Origin: Schmidtea nova
Taxonomy: Eukaryota
Length of the DNA: 64,000 nt
Reading direction: 5' to 3'
Assembly: GCA_044892505.1 (NCBI GenBank)
Contig: CM097882.1
Coordinates: 377,208,001 to 377,272,000, forward strand
In this document: piece after piece, positions 24,301-36,300 of the stretch
Position numbering within the stretch: position 1 is the stretch's first letter
Layout of the letters: the number at the start of each line of letters is the position of its first letter
The notes under the pieces: model-generated
The model's database searches: none
What the model saw: the letters and a program-made list of their open reading frames with translations, nothing else
What the model was told of the DNA's origin: nothing
Program-made: the position numbers and the translations under genes

Positions 24301-27300
24301 TTCGACAAAATACTGACCCACAAAGAATGTAGGATTTCTACCATAGATCAACACTTCCATATTTACAGAGAATAAAGAATAGATAAACGATTTACCAAAG
24401 AAGTGTACAATTCTGAAAAATGCGCAATATGTATAGATGTCATAAATAGTCACAGATACCACGATAATGATATCAAGAAAATAAATTCCAATCTGAGAAG
24501 ACAGAAAGAATTTCAAAAGAAAAAGTATTTCCACCTTCGAATCCTATTTACTAATAACCAAATAAATTTTAAGATCATCAAAAAGCTTAATTTCATTGAC
24601 TTCCAATTCGTTTAGCATATAGATCTAGGACAATCAAGTACACTCTGGCGAACAAAACAAGAAAAGATAATACTTATTAAATGGAAAACTGCTAGACACA
24701 TAAGGAAATATGCTTCCAAAAGAACGTTTTCTATAATATCATGTTAAGAAATGCAAAGAAATTAACATTTAAAGCATCCTTAGGATTTTGTATCAAAGAA
24801 TTAGAAAGTATTTGCATCCTGGTGAAAAATAATATTTATACAGACATATTCAACAGTGTCAGATAGAAAAATGAAAAACTTTAATATCAGATAATATATT
24901 GACCAGAAAAAAACAATAAAAGAATCTCCGACTTAAGGAGGCTATTTTCATTTGAGACCAATACCCAAAATTCAACTTTAAAAAAGATGCCACTGAAATT
25001 GCCCACCTTCTAATTTGTTAATAAGATGTTAAATTTAGAAAAAAACCTTTTGAAGAAATTTTTAATAATTTTAAGTTTAAAACATTTTTTCACAAAGCCA
25101 AAAGAGAAAAGGGGGAAGAAGCCAAAATGAAAAAAGAAAGTAAAGAAATATTTTAATTTTATAGAGATTTTATCATAAAATTAAGTTAGTTATAAACTTA
25201 AATTTAATAAAAGGTTAAAATATAATATAAATATATATTTGAAAGTTTACAGATTATCTGATTACCTTGAATATTCAAGTGATGTGATATTCAGTGTACC
25301 AGGAAAAGTACTCAATAAAGTTATTTCAACTTTGTTTTATACTTACCTGGCGTGAAGAGCAATCTTCGGGTCTTATGTATAGCACTGACGAGAGCCCAAA
25401 GCCTGAAACTAGTCTCTTATTAGGAATTTGCATTGGGTATCACAAAGCTTTACCTTTTCTTAATTAATAAATAATAATGGTTATCAAATATTTAAATTAA
25501 ATTAAATGATAATAAAAATACACACTTAAAAATGCTGTTCCTAAAGTTCGTGTGCCTTAAAAAAAGAAATTTGATCTATAATCTTTATTTAAAAAATTTA
25601 AATTAAAAAAATTAATTTAAATCTTTTTTAAATATGTAAATATTTCTTTTTCTTTCAATTTCTCAAAGATTTATATATTCAAAACCTTCTTTTCATAATT
25701 TTTGATTTTTTCTAAATTAATAATAATTGAAAAGATTTCCGAATAGATAGAGAAGTGATAAAAGATGAAAATATAACAGTAAAGTTTATTTAAAATTTAA
25801 AACTGTCAAGTTTACAGTGTAATATACTTTTATAATTCGAATGCTATTACGTGCTTGTTAAGGTGTCATTTTCATTTTGTTCCTATCCATTCGTTTTCGA
25901 TGCAAAAGCAAAATCCAAATTGTTGCAAGTCGAAGCTGGCTTGTTTATGCGAAATGCAGTTCTAGAAACTCATACAAATCTGATTATGTCCATACTCAAT
26001 GCTCAAGAGTCAGGCATTATCAACATGGAAACTCCGTTTTTTGAAATCGGCGTTAATCGAGAAACAGTTCTTCAAGACACATTAAAAGCACTTGAAAAAG
26101 CATCTCAAAAGGAATTTAAGAAGCCATTAAAAGTTTATTTACTTAATATATAAATTGCTTTTTTAAACTAATACTTTTAGATTTCCTTTTCAAATGAAGA
26201 AGCAGTCGATGACGGCGGAGTTGTGAAGGTAATACTTTCGATAATTATTGTTTAAATAAAAATATTATATTTTATAATTTAATTATTCAAAAAATAATTC
26301 GGAATCCTTATTACAAAAATAAATTATTTCATCTATATTTTTAATGAAAACCTTGAAAGATCCAAATACGTATAATAAAAATACGTAAAAAATGTGCATA
26401 TTAATCTCAATAAAAATATTTCAATATAAAACGGTATATTGACGAGCTAGAGAGTGATCCACAATATAAAACTTAGAATTGAATCAGAATGTTCACAAGG
26501 GTATTTTGACGTTTTTAAATACAAAAAAAGCTCTAAAAACTATTATGATCTCCAACAAAGTGTGAAAATTACTTAAATTGCTATTTAACATTAACTAAAA
26601 TTATTAAGATTAAAACTAAACATTTCATTTTTTTTCTTTATTTAAACGTTTTTCTAAATGACATTTATTCATTTTTACTAAATAATTACTATCTTTGTAC
26701 GCGTGGTTAAATTTAAATATTTTTTTAGTTTAACTCAAATTTTTGTATTTTTCAATTTTAAAAAGTTTTTCTCTTATTCTAAATAACTTATTTTATTTTA
26801 TAATTAAAATTAATTTTATGGTGTGATGTTATTTTAACTAAGTTTTATATGTTTTCCCTGCCTAAGTTGTGTTACATTTTAGGCAAAGGAGTTCAAAAAT
26901 ATTTTATTTTTTTATGTTATTTGTTATACAGATGGAAAAAAAACTTTTATAAATTTTTAAAGAACTTTTTTACTTTTTTACTTCCGAAATTATTTGTGCC
27001 TTGTTTATTTATTTTATTTATCAGAATTAATAAAATTATAATTTAGATTAAATTTTAATTATTTCATTGACTTAAAATAGCTTTTTAAAAGTTCTGATTT
27101 ACAAAAATTGTATACTGCCGGAAGAGTGCTGATTTTAATGAATTCTCGGAGGCTAGTCGCTCTATAGAAATCTTTTTAAGGAATTTGGTATTTTGTATTT
27201 GTCACAATTTCCATTGTTAAAATACTAGAAAGTGCTTTAAAAATTATTTAATACTAATAATACTCTTTAAAAAAAATTTATTTATTTTATTTAGATTTTT

Positions 27301-30300
27301 AAAAATATTTATTTGTATAAATAAAAATTTACAAACATAATAACTAATCTTACCCTCACACGTGGCATCAAAATAATACCTAACAGCGCTTGGCATAGTT
27401 ATCCATAAGCATTATACTAATAAATAAAATTTACTTAACATATTTATTTATATTAAAAGTAATTTGTGATATTATGAAACTATTATGTTTAGTTATTGAT
27501 AGACCTTGTAAGTAAATAAAATAGAAGATATTTCGAATTTTACGTGAAATATCAAAATGATAATAAATGAACAAAAAATAAAATTTACAAATTATTTGTT
27601 AAATAAAAATATTAATCATTTATTTCCTGTTCAATGGGTTTTTAAAATTTAAAAACCGTTACTAAGAAAACGGGTAAATGTTTGAAGAAGGCATTCCATA
27701 TATTTTTTCATTAGTCAAATATTTTTGTATTTCTTATCATAATGTTGAGAATCATTTCATCTAATTTCGAAAGAAACATTTTTTTGTTTTTAACAATCAT
27801 TACATTTACATCATTTTCTTGAAAGCTCTGCTTATCATCTTGTAACAAATCTGTTAACATTAGAACTACTGACGAAATTCTATACTAAAAACTAGATAGA
27901 TATGATCCATTCTATCTTATAGGTTTATTTAAAAATTACGATGTTAATGTTCATAATTAAATATTTTTTTCGTTTTTATATACTTTCTTCAAATAGAATG
28001 AATCCAAAAATATATTTAACCAATTGCAATTTATATAATAATATATTTAAATTATCATTTTTTGGTATCAACTTTAATTAAATATTAATAAATAATAAAT
28101 TAAGCCTAAAAATAAAATATTAAATTTATATTATTAATATTATAATAATATTATATGATTATATAATATTGATATATTATTAAATGTTAAATAATTAATA
28201 AATAATAAATTAAGCCCTTGCTGCAAATTTTTATTAAGTGAAAATTTTCGATTATAAAATAATCCTTATCTATCAATCTATTTAATAATTATTTAATAAT
28301 ATATTGAATTATTAGCATATACAAGAGTAGGGGATAGTGAGCGCACGGAGCCACTTTTTTCACACAGCAACGGTTGCTAGGGTAAATACACACATCAATA
28401 TATAATCCCCGAGGAACCTATTTCCAAGGTAAACACACACTTCGATATATAATCCCTGATGAATATGTTGCCAGGGTAAATACACACATCAATATATAAT
28501 CCCTTAAAAACACCTTGCTAGGGCAAACACATAATCGAGGAACCTGTTGCCAGAATAAACACGCACATTAAAGTATAATCCTCTTGCAACCTGTTGCTAA
28601 GGTAACCACATATGTCAATATATAATTATTAAAGTAACTATTGCTAAGGTAAATACGCCATTGTGTAACCGCAGGGACTACTGTTGGTAGACCTCAAAAC
28701 ATACAACACATTAATTATTACCCGTAACACACACGATAAAATGTTTTTACTTAATCGAATGACATTTTTGTTTTAATGTACTGACTAACATTTCGAGTAG
28801 TTGTTCCACATATTTTTAACTTATAACTTTAGAAAATCGAGTGTGGGAACAATGAAAACGGATGGAAATAATTCGAGAATTGTGACAATATTCGAAATTT
28901 TATAAACTATTCAGCAGCGGGGAACTATAAGAGCAAATGAAATTTATTAATATTTGTAAACAGAAATAGTTATTTTTTCATTAAATAAAAAGATTGACAC
29001 ATAAAAACAAAATGAAAACGCTGAACGATAAAACCGTTTGAAATCTTGAGAATACATAAAAACTTTGAAAATAATTAAACATAATAAATTAAATAAATAT
29101 AAAACTAAATACAATGAAACCAATTATTTTTATCAGTTTTATTCATTACATATCTGAATTTGAGAAATAATTTGAATTGAGAGCTGGATCTGGAACTAGA
29201 ACGCTAACCTGATCTTTTGATTGGTATATAAACGAGTAACACCCCTTATAATGTCCATATGCAAGACTTTCATTTTTATCCACCCAAAGTCTTTTGTCAT
29301 CAAGATTAGTCAAGGCAATCTTAGAAGATTTATTAGTAAAGAGTTGATGATTCTTACTAACTATTCGTGATTGAGCAACAGAAACTATTGAATTATTATT
29401 ATAACAATCCAGATATGACTGATGATTCAATTTAGTATCCTTCAATGTTATACCTTTAGCCTTAATGCACTCTTCATCACCTAAAAGACTGTAACACTTT
29501 GGCCTAAGGAATGCCCACTCATCATACTTGAATCCTTTATTCTCATCTTTGAATTTACCAATGACGGAATCTAGGTTCCTACTGTATAATGGGTGATTCG
29601 GATCGTAATTAGAAGTGTCAAGTAAGTTATCTCTTATCATGGCCGGTAAAAGAATATCGAGCTTACAATTCTTAATCTCCAAGAAGAAAGAATCGGTGTC
29701 ACCAGCAACGATGTTAATTTCGCAGTTGAATTCATTACGATATTTTTGTAATTCTTCATACTGCAGCTGGTACATTCTAAGTTTAGATAAATCCAGTACA
29801 GTTTGACCAATGTAGCTGGGTCTATCTAAACACAAAGAGTCCTTATTAAGTAAAACAGAAACTAGGTCATCGTCAATTCTATAAGTTTTTCTAAAAGTAG
29901 GTTTTGAAGTATACGTAATCAGTTTCGATTCTGAATTACATAGTCGTAAATTAAGTCATTTTTTAAGATTTTCAACCGTTTTCCCATAAAGACTATTATT
30001 CAAGAGTTTGTAATAGTTTTTATCTAAAGCCGTAGAAGAAGCTGCCCTAAGTTCAGTGTTCGTATCCATATACTTTTTAAATATAGGTTTCTGATTGTAC
30101 AAAAAGAAACATTTTTAACTAATAAAAATTCAAATAAATACAAATTTTATTAAAATAAATCTTCTTCATCATCTTCTTCTGTAACTTGATTGAATTCTCT
30201 GTCATTAATGTCTTTATAATGCCCGTATGCACAACTTTACTCCGTCTTTTGTAGTTTACGCTGATTTTTAGGCGATCTTACCTTCTGATGATAAGTACTT

Positions 30301-33300
30301 TCAAAGACATGCGGCTAGTCAACAATCTTTTGATTCTGCTACTATTTGTTATCTTTGTAAGAAAACTTTAGTACAACCAGTCAGAGACCATGATCACTAC
30401 ACTGGTGAATATTTGGGAGCTGCTTGTAATTCTTGTAATCAATCCCGTCGTTTATACAAGTTTTTACCCGTTATTTTTCATAATTTAAAGATCTATGACT
30501 TGCACCATATTCTTAAATATGGATTGGCTAACTTTAGTAGTTGGAAAATATCTTGTATTCCTACAACTAGTGAAAAGTTCTTGACATTGTCTGCAAGGGT
30601 TGGTGATTTAACAATTAAATTCATCGATTCTTGTCAGTTTGTTAACTCTAGTTAAAATGATGCAGTTAAGACTCTTACTTGTCTGCCTTTGACTAGATCT
30701 GAATTCACCGGGACTATTGTAGATTGTAAGGGCATTTTTCCTTATGATTTTGCAACATCTTTAGAAATCCTTAATAACACTTATGAGTTGCCACTAAAAT
30801 GGGAAGGTGTTAAACAGGCTGAATATGACAAGGCATTGGTGATTTGGAGGTAATCCCAGTGTCAAACTCTGTGTGACTATATGATGGTCTATCTTAAACT
30901 GGATGTTTTTCTTCTTGCTGATTTCTTTCAACAGTTTAGGGCTAAATCTATAGCTCACAATAGACTTGAGCCTTTGAATTTCTTGGGGATTCCAGGTATG
31001 TCGTGGGCTTCTGCGCTTATTACAAAGAAAAAACCTATTGAGTTGCTCCAGGATATGGAGATTTATAATTTTTTCGAAGGGGGGATCCGTGATGCATTGA
31101 CATTTGTCAACAAACATCACGTAGTATCCTCCGAAACGACTGAACTTTTATACATTGACATAAATAATTTATACGGATGGGCTTTAAGTCAAAAATTACC
31201 TTATGGTGAATTTAGTTGGATCACAGATCAAAATAAATTTAATTAATTAATTAAATTAATGGATGCTGATTTGGCTATTTTAACTTATGGCGTGACTTTT
31301 CAAGTGGATCTAGAAATCCCTTCAGAAATTCACGATAAATTAAATGATTTTCCGGTTGCAGCAGAGAAAATGTGTGCTCCCTGTTCAAAAGTTGAGAAGT
31401 TAATGCTTACGCATTATCCAAAGTTCAACTACGTTGTTCATTGGAGGCTTCTCAAGCTTTTTGTTTCTTTGGGTGTTAAAATAACACAAGTTCATCGGGC
31501 TGTTCAGTACAATCAGAAACCTATATTTAAAAAGTATATAGATACGAACACTGAACTTAGGGCAGCTTCTTCTACGGCTTTAGATAAAAACTATTACAAA
31601 CTCTTGAATAATAGTCTTTATGGGAAAACGGTTGAAAATCTTAAAAAACGACTTAATTTACGACTATGTAATTCAGAATCAAAACTGATTACATATACTT
31701 CAAAACCTACTTTTAGAAAAACCTATAGAATTGACGATGACCTAGTTTCTGTTTTACTTAATAAGGACTCTGTGTGTTTAGATAGACCCAGCTACATTGG
31801 TCAAACTGTACTGGATTTATCTAAACTTAGAATGTACCAGCTGCAGTATGAAGAATTACAAAAATATCGTAATGAATTCAACTGCGAAATTAACATCGTT
31901 GCTGGTGACACCGATTCTTTCTTCTTGGAGATTAAGAATTGTAAGCTCGATATTCTTTTACCAGCCATGATAAGAGATAACTTACTTGACACTTCTAATT
32001 AGGATCCGAATCACCCATTATACAGTAGGAACCTAGATTCCGTCATTGGTAAATTCAAAGATGAGAATAAAGGATTCAAGTATGATGAGTGGGCATTCCT
32101 TAGGCCAAAGTGTTACAGTCTTTTAGGTGATGAAGAGTGCATTAAGGCTAAGGGTATAACATTGAAGGATACTAAATTGAATCATCAGTCGTATCTGGAT
32201 TGTTATAATAATAATTCAATAGTTTCTGTTGCTCAATCACGAATAGTTAGTAAGAATCATCAACTCTTTACTAATAAATCTTCTAAGATTGCCTTGACTA
32301 ATCTTGATGACAAAAGACTTTGGGTGGATAAAAATGAAAGTCTTGCATATGGACATTATAAGGGGTGTTACTCGTTTATATACCAATCAAAAGATCAGGT
32401 TAGCGTTCTAGTTCCAGATCCAGCTCTCAATTCAAATTATTTCTCAAATTCAGATATGTAATGAATAAAACTGATAAAAATAATTGGTTTCATTGTATTT
32501 AGTTTTATATTTATTTAATTTATTATGTTTAATTATTTTCAAAGTTTTTATGTATTCTCAAGATTTCAAACGGTTTTATCGTTCAGCGTTTTCATTTTTT
32601 TTTATGTGTCAATCTTTTTATTTAATGAAAAAATAACTATTTCTGTTTACAAATATTAATAAATTTCATCTGCTCTTATAGTTCCCCGCTGCTGAATAGT
32701 TTATAAAATTTCGAATATTGTCACAATTCTCGAATTATTTCCATCCGTTTTCATTGTTCCCACACTCGATTTTCTAAAGTTATAAGTTAAAAATATGTGG
32801 AACAACTACTCGAAATGTTAGTCAGTACATTAAAACAAAAATGTCATTCGATTAAGTAAAAACATGTTATCGTGTGTGTTACGGGTAATAATTAATGTGT
32901 TGTATGTTTTGAGGTCTACCAACAGTAGTCCCTGCGGTTACACAATGGCGTATTTACCTTAGCAATAGTTACTTTAATAATTATATATTGACATATGTGG
33001 TTACCTTAGCAACAGGTTGCAAGAGGATTATACTTTAATGTGCGTGTTTATTCTGGCAACAGGTTCCTCGATTATGTGTTTGCCCTAGCAAGGTGTTTTT
33101 AAGGGATTATATATTGATGTGTGTATTTACCCTGGCAACATATTCATCAGGGATTATATATCGAAGTGTGTGTTTACCTTGGAAATAGGTTCCTCGGGGA
33201 TTATATATTGATGTGTGTATTTACCCTAGCAACCGTTGCTATGTGAAAAAAGTGGCTCCGTGCGCTCACTATCCCCTACTTACAAGTATACAATATTTTG

Positions 33301-36300
33301 TTATTTTATTAAAATTATTTGTTCCTATTTTTTGTTTTTACTCAAATTTCGGACCAACCTGTTTTTTTGACCCATTGGACAAAAAACCAGGTTGGATAAA
33401 AATTAAATATAAATGATATTTATTGAAATTTTAACAGATTTTATAATATTGTGATTTTATTATAATATTGAAATTAATATTATATTTATTATTATAATTA
33501 TTATAATTATTATTATAAAAATTAAATAAAAATGATATTTATTGAAATTTTAACAGATTTTATAATATTGTGATTTTATTTAAAACAATAAATAAGTTAT
33601 AATTTATTTATAAAAGAAATTTCTGGGTCAAAAAATCGGGATGATCCCAAATTTTTAAAAGCAATCAAAAACATTTACCGATGAACACAAATACAAATTC
33701 AAAAGAAATTTATAGAATTTCAATTTCAATTACACCTAAAGCAGTTGTAGGTATCATTTCCAAAGATTATATAATAAATCATATAAAATACATAGTAGTC
33801 TAAGTTTGTTTTACATAATCTATGAAACATTACAAACCACCGGAAGTATTCAAATATTCATAGTAAAATATTTCTTTTAATATTTTCAAGAAATAGTTAG
33901 TATTCACAAAAATAAACTTTTCTAATTCAATAAAATTGTTTAATATAAAAGTTGTTAATTTTAATTTATTCAAATTAAAAGAAAATATTTTTAATTACAA
34001 TAATCCATTTATAATAACCTTTAATTTATACTGACTTATATTTCGTATGCACACTGTGTACTTCAGGACAAATAAAATGTGCATAATTTTCAATTTTATT
34101 TATATTAAAAACGTATTTATATCACTTAAATTATGCCACTACATTTCAATAATTACAAAAAGACTCATTATTATAAACTAAAAAATACATGGATATACAA
34201 TCTAAATGAATTGAAATCTTTACAATGTATAACAAAAATACCACTGGGGTCTGTCTATTTTATCGTCTCGGCAATTAAATAGCAATTTAATTAAAAAATA
34301 AATTTTTGGATTAAAGAAAATTATTATTTATTTAAAAAAATAGTTTATTAAAAAAAATAATTTAAATTTAATTAATTATCACACTTATTTCTAACTAATA
34401 CAAAATGAACGTAAATTTTACTAGATAATTAGATTTAAAAAATTAACATACAGTAATTATAAATGAATAAATTAATAAATTAATAGATTTTTATTTTCAT
34501 AGGATCAGAAACTTTCACCAGTTTCTGTGATAATTTAAAGAGAAAAAAACAAAATAAAATATTTTTTTTTAATTCATCAACCGTGACGAAATCTTAATGA
34601 TTACTAAAAATATTCAAATATTCTCTGGAAACGTGGTCTGAGATGTTGATATTCGATTAGAAGAACAATTCAATTTGCTAAGGAAATTTCAATGCAAAAC
34701 ATTAAAACAATAAATTATATTTCCAACATAACCAAAAAGAAAATTTCAGAAAAATCATCCTAGAAATATTTATTACAATAATAATATTTTTCAAGCTTTT
34801 CGCTAATGATAATAATAAAAATTGCTTTGCAACAAAATATTTTAATGCCATTTAAAGTGATAAGCACATTTATCCTCAAATTAGAATAAAATTAACATCC
34901 ATGGTCACATAAAAATGTTTCTTTGCAACATGGAATGACAAGAATCAATTTTTATAGATACATCTCAGGTAACCTTGGTAATTTGTCTGAGAAAAGCCGG
35001 TATTTACGCGCTACGCCAAATAAGTACTTAGACTCGACACGAAATAATTACCTAAATAAATATTGCAGGCGATTATACTTGAATTTGTTTAAGTAATGAA
35101 TAGTGTCTCGGTTTTCTTAAGCTAATTTTGTTTGGAAAAGGAATTGTATTATTTCATTATTGCGTCAGAAAATGTCAGATCATGTTGAATTTCGAAGCGG
35201 TATAAAGTTTCTGCTTTTGAAGAAATCGAGTAGCCAAGAATTTATTGCAATACTGCATTGACCCACAAAAATGTTCAACTTTTTATAATTAGATATTTAA
35301 ATCCAAAAATAAATGATCAAGTTGCCCGTTCCACGGATATTTTGAATGTGTTTAGGTAACTGAAGGTTGAATGTTGCGAATTGTGTTTGTGGTATAATTA
35401 TGTTTGTTCTTTGTAAATATTTTAATTTTTTTTTAAATTTGTAAATTTTATGTTGAATGTTAAAATTTTATTAAATTAAATTTTATTTTATAATACTTAT
35501 GTTGTTCTATGTAAAATGTTTGTTTTTTAATTAAATTTTAAGAAATTTTTAAGTAATAAAATAAAATTTAATAAATAAAATTTTTAAATTAAAATTTTGA
35601 TATAGTATGGAGATGATTATTATTGATTAATTTGTTAAAATTTAGCACATTTTCTATTTCATTATTGATTGTCCTGATTGTTGCCTGAAGAAGATTGTTA
35701 TACAATCGAAATATATCGCGTTTATGTTGAATTTACTGAGTTGGCGTTTTTCTACTATTTTTATAATTCATAATAATTAAAACAATAATTATTTTTTTCT
35801 TCAGATGAATGATTTGATTGTCGGTGTCACACTTACTAAATGTTAAATTGAAATTTTCCCACTAGACGTTCACTTGGAAAATTTATATCTAATAATTAAT
35901 TAATATCGCAATTAATTACTCTCTCAGTCTGAAAATACGGTATAAATTTGGAGTATAATATAAATTGTATAGTATACCATATTTTCGGATGGAAGTAGTA
36001 ATTAAAATTTGATTTATTAATTTATTTAATTAAAGCAATAATTCTGTTGATAATTTTTTTCATTTTAGGAATATTTTCTATTAGCAATCAGAGAAATAAT
36101 GCTTCCAAAAACAGGTCTTTTCAAGTGCTACAATCAATCAAAAATGTGCTATTTTCAACAAAACGTATGCTTTAATTTCCATTTGATTTCATTGTTTTTT
36201 TGTATTATTAAATTATAAATTATACTTTTTTATTTAAAAATTAAACAATATTGTTTTGAAATAAAAATAGTTTGTTTAAAATGACAACTCATTAGTAATT

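Larger units (their letters stand above)
28326..33280. mobile_element. Non-autonomous fold-back Polinton/Maverick derivative (4955 bp)
   Basis: Termini AGTAGG...CCTACT; TSD TACAAG at 28320-28325 and 33281-33286; inverted arms 28326-30100 and 31507-33280; only pPolB sequence inside. Confidence 0.92.

Noticed and set aside
28373-28660. Periodic repeats that could be taken for a CRISPR array
   Set aside because: Whole units are homologous with no unique spacers, there are no cas genes, and the array is mirrored in the opposite TIR of a eukaryotic transposon.
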